From: Methanothermococcus sp. Ax23
Lineage (GTDB): Archaea; AGJL01; Methanococci; Methanococcales; Methanococcaceae
Reading direction: 5' to 3'
Length of the DNA stretch: 64,000 nucleotides
Assembly (NCBI RefSeq): GCF_049075655.1
Contig: NZ_CP157522.1
Coordinates: 288,001-352,000 of the forward strand
Shown: positions 1 through 9,497 of the stretch, piece by piece
Layout of the letters: every line of letters begins with the position of its first letter
Position numbering within the stretch: the first letter of the stretch is position 1
The notes under the pieces: generated by a model
Databases searched by the model: none
What the model was told of the DNA's origin: nothing
What the model saw: the letters and a program-made list of their open reading frames with translations, nothing else
Position numbers and translations under genes: made by a program

Positions 1-65
1 ACTTACTGCTCCATAGCTATCTATCTTTTCATTTTTATAAACCAAATAATACATCATTTTATCCC

Positions 66-296
66 TCATACATCTGCATTCAAGTTAATTTCCAATAATG
101 GTTTATTTTTACATTTTTTTATCCATCCTTTTTCTATCCATTCATTTAATACCTCCCTTACATTTTCTTTATTTTCCTTGATGTATTGTTTTATTTCGTA
201 GAGCGATACTACTGGACAATTTTGTTGTTTAATTTCTTTAAACAATTCTTTTGAGTCCATTTTCACCCCCTCTTTGTTTGAATCATTGCCAGTCAA
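66..296 (-). CDS. Small hypothetical protein, possible winged-helix DNA-binding protein (start probably internal, MDSKE)
   Basis: ORF in element operon; pattern VREVLNEWIEKGWI is wHTH-like. Confidence 0.5.
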   Translation of the reverse strand: MTGNDSNKEGVKMDSKELFKEIKQQNCPVVSLYEIKQYIKENKENVREVLNEWIEKGWIKKCKNKPLLEINLNADV

Positions 297-603
297 AACA
301 ATATTCTTTCACTTCTCCATCATAGTATATTCTCAACAGTTTTGAGCCCCACTTGATGACATGAATAGTTTGTGTCATATCTGGCTCTCTTTTAGCAATG
401 CTGTCAGGATATTCTGAACATGGAATTGGATCGGCATATTTTTTTACAACTTCATCCTCCATTTTTGTTATGTTGTGTTGCAGTCTTTCTCCTACTGGCA
501 TTGCTTCATATCTTGCATTCAATTCATCGCATATCTTTTTTCCCAATCTTCTAATGTGAACTAGTTCTATTATTCTTCTTTTCTCTTCTCTTGATATTGC
601 CAT
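283..603 (-). CDS. Hypothetical protein (element)
   Basis: 106-aa ORF with GGAGG RBS upstream. Confidence 0.65.
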   Translation of the reverse strand: MAISREEKRRIIELVHIRRLGKKICDELNARYEAMPVGERLQHNITKMEDEVVKKYADPIPCSEYPDSIAKREPDMTQTIHVIKWGSKLLRIYYDGEVKEYCFDWQ

Positions 604-604
604 T

Positions 605-760
605 TTATACCTCCAATTTATTTATTTCATCGTCATTTCCTTCTTCTTCTATAACATATACATTTACACGCCTTCCAATGTATTTTTTAGGAACTAATAC
701 TCGCCCCGTATTGCATGACCGTTTTACTTCTTTGTTTTCCACGATTAATTTTTCCTTCAT
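605..760 (-). CDS. DUF2080/AbrB-like small DNA-binding protein (51 aa, not in ORF track)
   Basis: Hand translation MKEKLIVENKEVKRSCNTGRVLVPKKYIGRRVNVYVIEEEGNDDEINKLEV; VPKKYIG-x-V-x-V motif; abuts next gene. Confidence 0.7.
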   Translation of the reverse strand: MKEKLIVENKEVKRSCNTGRVLVPKKYIGRRVNVYVIEEEGNDDEINKLEV

Positions 761-911
761 AGTTTCACCATACTATATAATTATCCAATAGTGTAATATT
801 TTCCACTATATATCTTTGGTGCATCTTTCATATATATACTTTTCTATTGGATTACATTCCATTATTGGATAGTATTACCATAATGTTTAATGTAATAGTA
901 TCGCAAAATAT

Positions 912-1310
912 TTGGACAATAGCACATTAAAGACAGTGGAAACGATGCTTCAAACAATATCCAAAAAGAACAGCAGAACAGTAATGTTATTACTTGCAAA
1001 ATTTGACAAATTACATTTTGGAGCATTAAAGAAAAAGTCAAAAATAGAAGGCAAATCTTTAACAAATGCTTTAAATGAACTACTCGGTGAAGGCTTAATA
1101 CAAAAAGAATACGAAGACCCTACAAAAAGAACAGCGAAGGTTTATTATTCCCTAACTCCACTTGGCAAGGAAGCATTAAAAATATATAAATTAGCAGAAG
1201 AGTTGGAAAGGAAAAAAGAGACGGTTGCAAATTCAGTTATTATCAATGGGGATGTTAATGGGGGAATTATTATTGGTAATGCTTCAAAAGTCAATATAAA
1301 AAAACATTAA
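912..1310 (+). CDS. HxlR/MarR-type winged-helix regulator (start may be ATG 945)
   Basis: LHFGALKK...LTNALNELLGEGLI...VYYSLTPLG pattern; divergent from the 605-760 gene. Confidence 0.8.
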   Translation: MDNSTLKTVETMLQTISKKNSRTVMLLLAKFDKLHFGALKKKSKIEGKSLTNALNELLGEGLIQKEYEDPTKRTAKVYYSLTPLGKEALKIYKLAEELERKKETVANSVIINGDVNGGIIIGNASKVNIKKH

Positions 1311-1492
1311 TATTATCATAATTATCATTTGGTGATAGTATGCCTCCAAAAACCTAAGGGAAAATTAAGGAGAGCATTAACTGGTGATGGTAGGAAGAAA
1401 CCTTCAAAGTTTTTTAAAAATAATGTTAAAGAAGCCTTGGGGAAGTCAAATTCTAAAAAACGCAAAAAGTAATAAAGTAATGGGGGTTCAAC

Positions 1493-1858
1493 ATGGTAAA
1501 ATATTCTCTTGATGAAAAAATTTTAGTTAAGCATAATATTACATTAACCGACAATGTGATGCAGATTAGTAGATTTAATATAAAAGCGTATGTTTCAATC
1601 GATAAAATTTCAGCCGTCGAATTGGATTTAAGATGGATGATTATCAATTTTTTAATAGCATTTCTATTGTTTTTGTTTGGGGTATTTATTAAAGGTAGTT
1701 ATTCAATGATTTGTTTTATATTGGGTTTTGTTCTTGTTATTTTTGGCTATTTTGGTGCAATAGTTAAAGTTTATCCTATTGGATATAAAGCCGTTGTAAT
1801 TATGGGGTCTTATCATTCCATGAAAGAATTGTTTTATGAACTTAGGAAATTAGTTTAA
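1493..1858 (+). CDS. Membrane protein, two TM helices, possible PH-like N-terminus
   Basis: Two hydrophobic segments; IDKISAVEL motif. Confidence 0.6.
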   Translation: MVKYSLDEKILVKHNITLTDNVMQISRFNIKAYVSIDKISAVELDLRWMIINFLIAFLLFLFGVFIKGSYSMICFILGFVLVIFGYFGAIVKVYPIGYKAVVIMGSYHSMKELFYELRKLV

Positions 1859-1867
1859 AGGGAAATC

Positions 1868-2284
1868 ATGGACAGGGATATAATCGAAACCGTGCTAAAA
1901 GAACATGGTTTGTTAAAATATGAATATAGGGGGATTGCAAAGGCGTTGTCTAAAATCATGAATCGTAATGAATCCATCAAAGCCGTTTTTCTAACTGACG
2001 GGGGGTATTGGATTCTAATGAGTAGGAGAATTATTATTGTCTCATCTGGATTTTTAGGACATGGTGTTAGTGTTGATGAAGTTATTAATCATAGTCAGAT
2101 AGAACGGTTGTATTATAATATCAATAAAGGGTTTTTCTCATCATCTATGGAACTTAAAATAAAATTAAAAAAAGAAAAAACTCGAACCTATAAAGTAAGT
2201 AGTAATTATAATTTTAATTATGTTGCCAAAGCAATTGATAATTTAAAATATGCCAAATCCAGAAGGAAAAAGAAAAAATCTTAA
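1868..2284 (+). CDS. Bacterial-type PH domain protein (YokE/bPH-like)
   Basis: ESIKAV...[17 protein letters not shown]...I..SQI pattern typical of bPH domains. Confidence 0.55.
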   Translation: MDRDIIETVLKEHGLLKYEYRGIAKALSKIMNRNESIKAVFLTDGGYWILMSRRIIIVSSGFLGHGVSVDEVINHSQIERLYYNINKGFFSSSMELKIKLKKEKTRTYKVSSNYNFNYVAKAIDNLKYAKSRRKKKKS

Positions 2285-2724
2285 TCTTTTTTATTTCTTA
2301 ACTCATCCCTAATCTCTTTTAAAATTTCTTTTATTTCATCCTGTCCTTTTTTAACATCTTCCAAAACTCCAAAAATCATTTTAATATATTTAACTCCTTC
2401 ATCGAGTTTTTTATTTAATTCAAGCAAATCATCAGCAGAGATTCTATTTATTCCTTTTGGAAACTCAATATATGTTTTTAATTCTTTCTCTTCTATTCTA
2501 TCGATATTTATAAGATTGTCGTCTTCTTCCAACTCTTTAATTACTTCTTTGAATAATCTCTTCTTTTTTTCAGAGTTGAAGTTTGCTAAAATCCTAACTG
2601 TTCCATCCTTATAATTATAAACTACACCATCAATACCTAAACCTCTCCCAATATCCTCTATCCTATCTCTAAAACCAACATGTTGGACTTTACCATATAT
2701 TTTTAACTCGTAAGTTGTTGCCAT
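2281..2724 (-). CDS. Acylphosphatase-like domain protein with coiled-coil C-terminal extension
   Basis: GKVQHVGFR and GVVYN..DGTV acylphosphatase motifs. Confidence 0.8.
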   Translation of the reverse strand: MATTYELKIYGKVQHVGFRDRIEDIGRGLGIDGVVYNYKDGTVRILANFNSEKKKRLFKEVIKELEEDDNLINIDRIEEKELKTYIEFPKGINRISADDLLELNKKLDEGVKYIKMIFGVLEDVKKGQDEIKEILKEIRDELRNKKD

Positions 2725-2856
2725 ATTCTCACCTTTTAATGTTATATTATAACATAACTTCTATATATTTTATTCGATATTGTCAATGTAGTATCGGAGC
2801 TCCTGGAACATAGTGATACCAGGAGAGGGTGAGCTCTGCATGATATATCATGAGAG

Positions 2857-3369
2857 TTATTCCACATACTCCCGGAGCTCCGACAACAACTCATACGCTC
2901 GGTTCAAATCTCCAACTTCAACAGCATGTTCCAACTCACTAAATAATATTTTCACAGAAGCAATGTTGTATAAATCATTATCAATAAACACTTCCTTAAA
3001 CTCATAAATCAACTCTTTTAATTGTTCTTTTTTCATGTTTATTATGTCATCCTTTACATAATCATATACTGTGGATTTTGGAATTCCGACCATCTCCGCA
3101 GTCTCTCTTATTGAATGCCCTTCTTTTATAAGGTTTAATAGTTCTCTCTTTTGAGTTTCATTTATTTTCTTTTTCCTTCCCTTTTGTTTAGATTTAACTT
3201 CAATAAATATTCCTGTGTTCTCTTTAAGAATTTGGATTTTATATGCCATTTTGGGATGGTTAAATACTGATTCTGGCATTCTTATAAATACCAAATCTTT
3301 ATTGGAATCTACAATGATTTTGTTTATTTCCTCCCAACTAACTATTTTATTAATGTCCTTTTCTATCAT
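2857..3369 (-). CDS. HTH protein (resolvase/terminase-like HTH), partner of adjacent recombinase; paralog of 24050-24583
   Basis: KGRKKKI...EGHSIRETAEMVGIPKSTVYDY; ATGA overlap with recombinase stop. Confidence 0.8.
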   Translation of the reverse strand: MIEKDINKIVSWEEINKIIVDSNKDLVFIRMPESVFNHPKMAYKIQILKENTGIFIEVKSKQKGRKKKINETQKRELLNLIKEGHSIRETAEMVGIPKSTVYDYVKDDIINMKKEQLKELIYEFKEVFIDNDLYNIASVKILFSELEHAVEVGDLNRAYELLSELREYVE

Positions 3370-3920
3370 CCTTCTCTCCTCAAAACATCCTCCGCTATTT
3401 TAGATTGAGTATATTTTAAAATCATGTCTATTTTTTTATGCCCTGTTATTGATGCCACAATTTGAGCAGGATATTGCTTTTTACCAAGGTATGAAATGTA
3501 GGAATACCTCAAAGAGTGTGTATTTATCCCTAAGTTTGTTAAATACCATGATGATGCATTGTTTGCAATCCGTTTAATGGTTTTATTTTCCCATTCCAAC
3601 ACCACATCTTTTGTCAGTTCAACATCTCTATTTGATATTTCCTTTGGAAGAATGAGTTTTCTCATTGCATTATCTTTCCTTTTTTCCACTTTAACAGATA
3701 CTTCATGTTCTTTTGATTTTGTAAATTTGATTAGTCCTTCAATCGCTTCCCCTATTCTGCAACCATTTCTCAATTGTATGAGTCCCAAAATCAAATAAGC
3801 ATATTTTTTCCTGTCGTTTTTATAAAGGGGTTTCTTGTTTCTCAACTGTTCCAGTTGTTGGATGAGTTTTTGTTTAGTTTCTTCATAATCCAATCCCATA
3901 TCCCAGTCATTTTCTCCCAT
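3366..3920 (-). CDS. Short tyrosine recombinase (catalytic domain only, 184 aa)
   Basis: Catalytic residues R (NGCRIGEA), K (VEKRK), HSLR, GH and Y (KYTQ) present; no N-terminal core-binding domain. Confidence 0.9.
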   Translation of the reverse strand: MGENDWDMGLDYEETKQKLIQQLEQLRNKKPLYKNDRKKYAYLILGLIQLRNGCRIGEAIEGLIKFTKSKEHEVSVKVEKRKDNAMRKLILPKEISNRDVELTKDVVLEWENKTIKRIANNASSWYLTNLGINTHSLRYSYISYLGKKQYPAQIVASITGHKKIDMILKYTQSKIAEDVLRREG

Positions 3921-4073
3921 GTTGATTACCTCTCATAATGTTAGAATGTCCGAAAAATACTAACTTAAAATAATAAAACTATCCTTTGATTAGTTTAATC
4001 GAATGTCTAAAAAAATAATCCATTCCAAAAATTTCCAACTAACAAACTATACATTTTGTTAGGTCGTATAGTT

Positions 4074-4328
4074 TCAACTAATCCCTAAGAGTTTTAGTTT
4101 TTCACGGAATTCTTTAATTGGGATTTCATAACGCCATTCTCCAAATACGACATACACCATTCTTTTTTTTCTATCGTGGCTAATCGGTATGCTCCGAATA
4201 TCATCCATCTCTTTAACATAGCCTCTTATATACGCTTCCTTATAATATCCGTTGTATGAATGATGCCTTTTTCTATCTCTCTTGTGTAATTTTTTAAAGC
4301 ATTTCCGTTTCATGTTGATCATGTTCAT
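4074..4328 (-). CDS. Basic hypothetical protein (element)
   Basis: 84-aa ORF overlapping upstream ORF. Confidence 0.5.
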   Translation of the reverse strand: MNMINMKRKCFKKLHKRDRKRHHSYNGYYKEAYIRGYVKEMDDIRSIPISHDRKKRMVYVVFGEWRYEIPIKEFREKLKLLGIS

Positions 4329-4509
4329 CCCTTTTTATCTTATAAACTGTCCCGTCTTCTTTAACTAAAATCACTTCTTTATAATTGCCCTCTATTTCTT
4401 CTGCGTCAATATTGAGAAAACAGTTTGCAGATATTAAAATTCCTTCAGTTGAGAACTTTATAGCATCTATTTTCTTAACATTGAATTCTTTTAAGTTGTT
4501 TTTGTCCAT
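4294..4509 (-). CDS. Hypothetical protein (likely start MDKNN at 4509)
   Basis: GTGA RBS-like motif before ATG 4509; upstream extension is AT-rich promoter-like sequence. Confidence 0.5.
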   Translation of the reverse strand: MDKNNLKEFNVKKIDAIKFSTEGILISANCFLNIDAEEIEGNYKEVILVKEDGTVYKIKRDEHDQHETEML

Positions 4510-4629
4510 AATATCACTAAAAGCCCATTTGATTAGTTTAATCGAGTAAATTAAGTTAGAGTATAATATGTTATTAAAAGAATATTGAATGCTGATGATA
4601 TATAGAGCAATTTCCAATAAGTGCTTTCT

Positions 4630-4896
4630 TCATTCCATTTCTTCTTCATCTTCCTCAATATCTTCATCATACCCCATCTCCTCCAAATATTTTCCATATT
4701 TCTTCAACATTTGCATCGTATATTCAACATCTTCTTTGAGTGCCTGCCACCGTGCCAGTGCATCCGTGTAATCTTTCCATGTTTCTTCATCAAGATCTGC
4801 ACCAAAAATTAAAAAACACTTTTCAATTTCATTATCGCTGCCATAAACCTTCTGGTATATATGCCCCATTGCGTTTATGATGTCATGGATATTCAT
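4630..4896 (-). CDS. Acidic hypothetical protein
   Basis: 88-aa ORF translationally coupled to upstream gene. Confidence 0.65.
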   Translation of the reverse strand: MNIHDIINAMGHIYQKVYGSDNEIEKCFLIFGADLDEETWKDYTDALARWQALKEDVEYTMQMLKKYGKYLEEMGYDEDIEEDEEEME

Positions 4897-5252
4897 TATT
4901 CCACCTTTCTGTTTTTAACAATGTCATTTATAAGTTCCAGGTCACTTAAGATTTCAAGACATTTTTCCTTAACTTCTTGCGAGTACGAAATGTGATATAT
5001 TTCTTTCAACCTCGTCCCTACTCGAACCATTAGCCTACTGTATAAGTTATCAACATCAATAACAGGTTCTTTTTTAGGCCTTCCTCTTTTGGGCTGTTCC
5101 ACAACATCCACACTTTCTCCATCAGGACTATCCGGAGCTCCTACGTGTTCATCATCATTCACAATTATGAGTTCATCTTCTTCACTTTCTTGGCTAGATT
5201 CTATTCCTCCAAATAGTTCTTCATCATCACTTATCATCATCAAAACCCCCAA
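4896..5252 (-). CDS. Acidic protein with AT-hook-like motif
   Basis: PKRGRPKK motif; operon position. Confidence 0.65.
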   Translation of the reverse strand: MGVLMMISDDEELFGGIESSQESEEDELIIVNDDEHVGAPDSPDGESVDVVEQPKRGRPKKEPVIDVDNLYSRLMVRVGTRLKEIYHISYSQEVKEKCLEILSDLELINDIVKNRKVE

Positions 5253-5988
5253 CGGTTTTTATAAAGTTGTCAAAACTAAATCCTAGTTCTACACCCGAAA
5301 ACTCTTTTGATTTATTTCCTTTTTTCCTATCGGTCTGCGTTTCTTTACCTTGATATGCCCTCATAGTAGGATTTAATTTAAGAGATGAATCAATAACTCT
5401 CGGTAATTCAACACCCAATTTTTCAAGTGCTGCCTTATACATTGCAGCTTCCTGCAATGCTATTTCATATAGCTGTCTTCTTCTAGGGTCTAATACTTCC
5501 AAAGGTTTTGCCTCTTCGGTGTAATTGTTTATTATCTCAAAACTATGTGCATAGATAGTAATTATTTCATCAGATAGATCAATACATCCAGCAGGAACAT
5601 GCACCACCCTATACTGTTCCTTTTTTCCAAAGATTAATGCTTTAAATGCTGAAATTATTTCTTCAATAAAATCAGGGCTTCGTCTCCTATACAATATAAT
5701 ATGAATATCATTTGGCCGTGGAATTAATGCAATGGGGTATCCATATATTTTTTCTCCATGTCCATTGTTCCAAATCAGTAACTTTTGTTTTACTTTATAG
5801 GGAGTTAGTGAAGCCATTGCAATTTTTTCATTTTCTATTTCCTCTTGCTTCTTTTTTATTAATTTCAAAGGATTTTTTGTTTTCCCATCAGATTTGTTAT
5901 ATTTAGGTTGTGACTTATTATCCCCATTTTCAGACAATTCTTCCTTTTCCCCCAATTCTTTTTCCTTAGATTTTTTAAATCCAAACAT
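5227..5988 (-). CDS. Hypothetical protein downstream of ATPase (putative core gene of element)
   Basis: 253-aa ORF with GGTGA RBS directly after ATPase. Confidence 0.75.
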   Translation of the reverse strand: MFGFKKSKEKELGEKEELSENGDNKSQPKYNKSDGKTKNPLKLIKKKQEEIENEKIAMASLTPYKVKQKLLIWNNGHGEKIYGYPIALIPRPNDIHIILYRRRSPDFIEEIISAFKALIFGKKEQYRVVHVPAGCIDLSDEIITIYAHSFEIINNYTEEAKPLEVLDPRRRQLYEIALQEAAMYKAALEKLGVELPRVIDSSLKLNPTMRAYQGKETQTDRKKGNKSKEFSGVELGFSFDNFIKTVGGFDDDK

Positions 5989-5996
5989 TATATCAC

Positions 5997-7337
5997 CTAC
6001 AACGATTGTGGATGCCTGTAAGCTATCCTTTCAACATATTGCTTATCGTATGCAAAATACCCCCTGAATTTATTTTTCTGTTTCATTTTTTGGTATTCGT
6101 CAATAGAAAATGATTCTTCCATTCCAATATCATCTTCATCAATTCCGGGAATCATTTTTTTCAACAGTTTTAAGTCTTCAGGACTTGCTATTTTTCCAAC
6201 AATTCCGATGTGTGTGCATCCCTCAATAAGGGATTTATTCAAACCTGCCATATATTGAGTAGCACCAATTAGATTGATACCCATGGACCTACCTTCCCTA
6301 TATATTTTATTAATTGCAGACAGGCCCACAGGATTATTGGCAAAGTGCTGTATCTCATCCACAAAGAAAAAAATAGGTATCTTTAACTTAAACGCAGATT
6401 TAACTGCCATATCTACAATCATTTTAAAAATAAGATTTTCTTCCTCTGTTGTAAGGTCTGAATTTTGGGAAAAATCAATCACATTTATCCGCTTGTTTGA
6501 AACATACTTAAAAAAACTCTCATCTTTTGAAAATAAAGGGTCTTTTTTCAATCTGTCCATAGTTTCTTCAATTCGTGAGTAAGTCCTGGAAGGTTTTTCT
6601 GGGTTATCCCATTCTAATGCTTTTTCCAATACTTTATCAGGGTCCCTAATTTTTTCAATATTCCAAATTTTCCTTAATCTTTCACCATGTAAAGCCCCAC
6701 TCCCAACATGAGTTAATTTCTCAATGAATGAAAAATCAATACTGCTGTATTTTATTTTCGCTTCAATTACTTCCGTTTTCCACCCATTATCTATTTTAAT
6801 ATTATTTAACCTCCTCCTTGGCCTGAATACAAAACGATTAACTGGGAATGCATAAGGAGACAATCCAAAATAACCTAATATTGTATTATTACCTGCCCAT
6901 TTCGTATATTTTCCCAATATATTAGGCATTCCCATTGCAAAATCTCCGGGGCTTCCGTATAAGTGAGGATATTTATTCATTAACTCCACATATTTTATGA
7001 TATAATCCCATGTATTTTTCCCATATTTTTTATACAGCATTTCTTTTGAATATTTTTGAGATTCCTTATAATATATTTCTTTGATTTTTTCTGCCTTTGA
7101 AACATCAATTTTCCTCTCAAACACAAAAATAATTGGAGCAATTCCTTTGTTAAGATATGCTGACCATATGGATTCAATTAGTGCCCTCATTACTGTTGTT
7201 TTTCCAAATCCTGAACCGCCCAAAAATAACATGTGATTTGCTTCCTCTGTTTTAAGGTCGAGTGTTCTTCTTGTTTTATTGCCTGTTGCTCTACCATATA
7301 ATGCATGACCTCTCCCAAGATATATTGGAACCTTCAT
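5997..7337 (-). CDS. HerA/FtsK/VirB4-like P-loop ATPase (start likely ATG 7337)
   Basis: Walker A GGSGFGKT, Walker B FFFVDE, REGRSMG..L..ATQ motif. Confidence 0.9.
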   Translation of the reverse strand: MKVPIYLGRGHALYGRATGNKTRRTLDLKTEEANHMLFLGGSGFGKTTVMRALIESIWSAYLNKGIAPIIFVFERKIDVSKAEKIKEIYYKESQKYSKEMLYKKYGKNTWDYIIKYVELMNKYPHLYGSPGDFAMGMPNILGKYTKWAGNNTILGYFGLSPYAFPVNRFVFRPRRRLNNIKIDNGWKTEVIEAKIKYSSIDFSFIEKLTHVGSGALHGERLRKIWNIEKIRDPDKVLEKALEWDNPEKPSRTYSRIEETMDRLKKDPLFSKDESFFKYVSNKRINVIDFSQNSDLTTEEENLIFKMIVDMAVKSAFKLKIPIFFFVDEIQHFANNPVGLSAINKIYREGRSMGINLIGATQYMAGLNKSLIEGCTHIGIVGKIASPEDLKLLKKMIPGIDEDDIGMEESFSIDEYQKMKQKNKFRGYFAYDKQYVERIAYRHPQSL

Positions 7338-7486
7338 AATCACCACCAAAATAGACCACTTGATAAATAGCAAACTTATCCAAAATAGTTATTATTTGTA
7401 AAAAATAGGCATGTGAGGTTATTTAATGAATAAAAAAATTATATAAATGCGTGTAGTAGTTAAAAAATAAAAACTAAAAAAAGTCT

Positions 7487-8101
7487 TCATACTGGATAGT
7501 CATACCTTTTTTTGTATCTTACAAATCCATATCCTATAACTATACATGCTAATCCACCAAATATAACTGCAGTTTTAAAATTAGAAACATCTTTCTTCCA
7601 TTCATTGTAAGCAGATATGTAATCTTCTTTTGTTTCATTTGATTGTTTGTTGATTAAATCAGTTATAATGTCTTTGTATTGTTCATTTTGTTGTTTAATG
7701 ATTTCATTTTCTGCTTTTAGTGTTGTAATTTGTTTTTGTAAATTTGTAATGTTTTTATTAAGTTCTATATTCTTCTTTTTGTAAGAAATATACTCTGCTA
7801 ACAATTTGTTTTTCTTATCTAGCTCGTTTTGTAATTTTGTCATGTTTTTTTGCAGCTCTGCTATCAATACATTATATGCCTTGACCATGTTGGCATCATA
7901 TACAATTACTGTTTTATTTCCCTCAATTTCCAACTTTTTAATGATTTGAACTGTTAAATTCTCTGGAAGATTCTCATCAGTATCATTAATCCAGAATACT
8001 TTTTGTTCCCCCGTCTGTGCATCTATTAATGTTATATTCTTTGCACTCACTCCTATGGGAACTGCCATTATTATCAGTATCAAAACTAATCGCTTTAACA
8101 C
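7487..8101 (-). CDS. Secreted coiled-coil protein with C-terminal TM anchor
   Basis: Signal peptide, heptad region (LQNELDKKNKLL...LQKQITTLKAEN), C-terminal TM and basic tail. Confidence 0.8.
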   Translation of the reverse strand: MLKRLVLILIIMAVPIGVSAKNITLIDAQTGEQKVFWINDTDENLPENLTVQIIKKLEIEGNKTVIVYDANMVKAYNVLIAELQKNMTKLQNELDKKNKLLAEYISYKKKNIELNKNITNLQKQITTLKAENEIIKQQNEQYKDIITDLINKQSNETKEDYISAYNEWKKDVSNFKTAVIFGGLACIVIGYGFVRYKKRYDYPV

Positions 8102-8113
8102 AATGCAATCACC

Positions 8114-8572
8114 TCAACCAAATAATCCTTGTATCTTACAATATCCACTCTGCCTATCTACTAAAACATACCCCATGAAATCGCCCTTAGTGTTCTTTCT
8201 ACCAAACAGCAATTTAAACTGCCAGTAATAATTTCCATCTTTGAATTCTTCAATGCTACCTGGGTCAACATCAAGATGATAATTATGCTCTTCCAACATC
8301 TTGTTGTAGTTGTCATCAAGATACTTCCGTGCCAAATTTAACGCCTGAACCCCACCGATTGAATACTTTTTTGGTGGAGTTGATAGAACCACAAAAGAGC
8401 CATCTGGATAACGAATTGTTTCATTCACAATAATGTATCCTGATGAAGGATAGCCAAACTCCAAAAGTTTTTCTTTAATAATATCATCATCGGATTGTTG
8501 GAAACTCATGACCGTGAAAGTAATTAAAAAAATAGCTAAAAAAGAAAAAAATAGAATTCTTAAAACTTTCAT
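8114..8572 (-). CDS. Membrane-anchored protein, possible PepSY-like C-terminal domain
   Basis: N-terminal TM; ALNLARKYL...YYWQF...VLVDRQSG pattern. Confidence 0.7.
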   Translation of the reverse strand: MKVLRILFFSFLAIFLITFTVMSFQQSDDDIIKEKLLEFGYPSSGYIIVNETIRYPDGSFVVLSTPPKKYSIGGVQALNLARKYLDDNYNKMLEEHNYHLDVDPGSIEEFKDGNYYWQFKLLFGRKNTKGDFMGYVLVDRQSGYCKIQGLFG

Positions 8573-8582
8573 ATTATCACTC

Positions 8583-9104
8583 TTACTGAGTGCTTATGTT
8601 AAGAACTTCTGAACCATTTTCTGGAACTCTGTATATCGTGTTGTTATATAACACAGTTGTATAGTAGTAGAGCTCGGTTGCAGTATCATTTGTAATTGGA
8701 ATGGTTGCGGTTGTTGGCAATGTAACATTAGTTGCAATGTATGACTCTGTGAATGTTGTATTATCATAGCTCGTAAATACTGCTATTTGTGATACCGATA
8801 TATTATCTTGTGAAGATGTTATTGAAACAAGAGAACTATTTGTTGAATTATCATAAATTGCAGCAATTGAGAAAGACAACTGATTTACAACTGTTAAATT
8901 ATCTGTTGTGTTTGTAGTTTGATTAATAGTTTCATTAAATGTTAAATTGTCTGCTGTTGTAGTGTTCGTAGTGCTGTTTTTTAGGAAGTCAAGGAGGAAA
9001 CCGCCGCCATCACTACTATGTGAGCTCATCCAGAACGCTCCAATACATGTTAATACTAATGCAATTACAAGCCCGATTGTTATATTACGCTCCATATAGA
9101 CCAC
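8583..9104 (-). CDS. Membrane-anchored Thr/Asn-rich protein
   Basis: N-terminal TM; many N-x-S/T sequons. Confidence 0.7.
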   Translation of the reverse strand: MVYMERNITIGLVIALVLTCIGAFWMSSHSSDGGGFLLDFLKNSTTNTTTADNLTFNETINQTTNTTDNLTVVNQLSFSIAAIYDNSTNSSLVSITSSQDNISVSQIAVFTSYDNTTFTESYIATNVTLPTTATIPITNDTATELYYYTTVLYNNTIYRVPENGSEVLNISTQ

Positions 9105-9351
9105 CTACAATAGATTTAATGCTTTCAATTATTCCATTAAGGTCAAGAACTCCAAAATATGAGAGTGCAGCAGCTACAATTATAACGCATACTAACACCC
9201 ATAAACTCCTGAGGATTATTGCCCCAATCGTAAAAAATGCAACTGCAACTATCCACCATTGCAAAAAGATACCTGAAAAAATCCCCAATAAGAAAAATAA
9301 AATTGCATGATTTTCCTTCTCATTTTCAAGTTTTTCAAGAAAACTCTTCAA
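9085..9351 (-). CDS. Small multi-TM protein
   Basis: Hydrophobic 88-aa ORF in operon. Confidence 0.7.
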   Translation of the reverse strand: MKSFLEKLENEKENHAILFFLLGIFSGIFLQWWIVAVAFFTIGAIILRSLWVLVCVIIVAAALSYFGVLDLNGIIESIKSIVGGLYGA

Positions 9352-9355
9352 CTTA

Positions 9356-9493
9356 TCACCCCTTCTTTTTGGATTTTTTGGATTTTCTCTTTTTCAGCAT
9401 TTCAGACCTATCCGCTTCAATCACATTTCCATTTTTATCCACATAATAGAATTTTCCTTTCTTTTTCTGTATTTTTCCAACTGTTCTTGCCAT
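9356..9493 (-). CDS. 45-aa highly basic protein with CC1-like motif (not in ORF track)
   Basis: Hand translation MARTVGKIQKKKGKFYYVDKNGNVIEADRSEMLKKRKSKKSKKKG; GGTGA RBS; fills the operon gap exactly. Confidence 0.8.
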   Translation of the reverse strand: MARTVGKIQKKKGKFYYVDKNGNVIEADRSEMLKKRKSKKSKKKG

Positions 9494-9497
9494 AATA

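Larger units (their letters stand above)
3985..4545. repeat. Exact 18-bp direct repeat TTTGATTAGTTTAATCGA at 3985-4002 and 4528-4545
   Basis: Read directly; internal GATTA/TAATC dyad; each copy lies upstream of a minus-strand gene. Confidence 0.85.
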
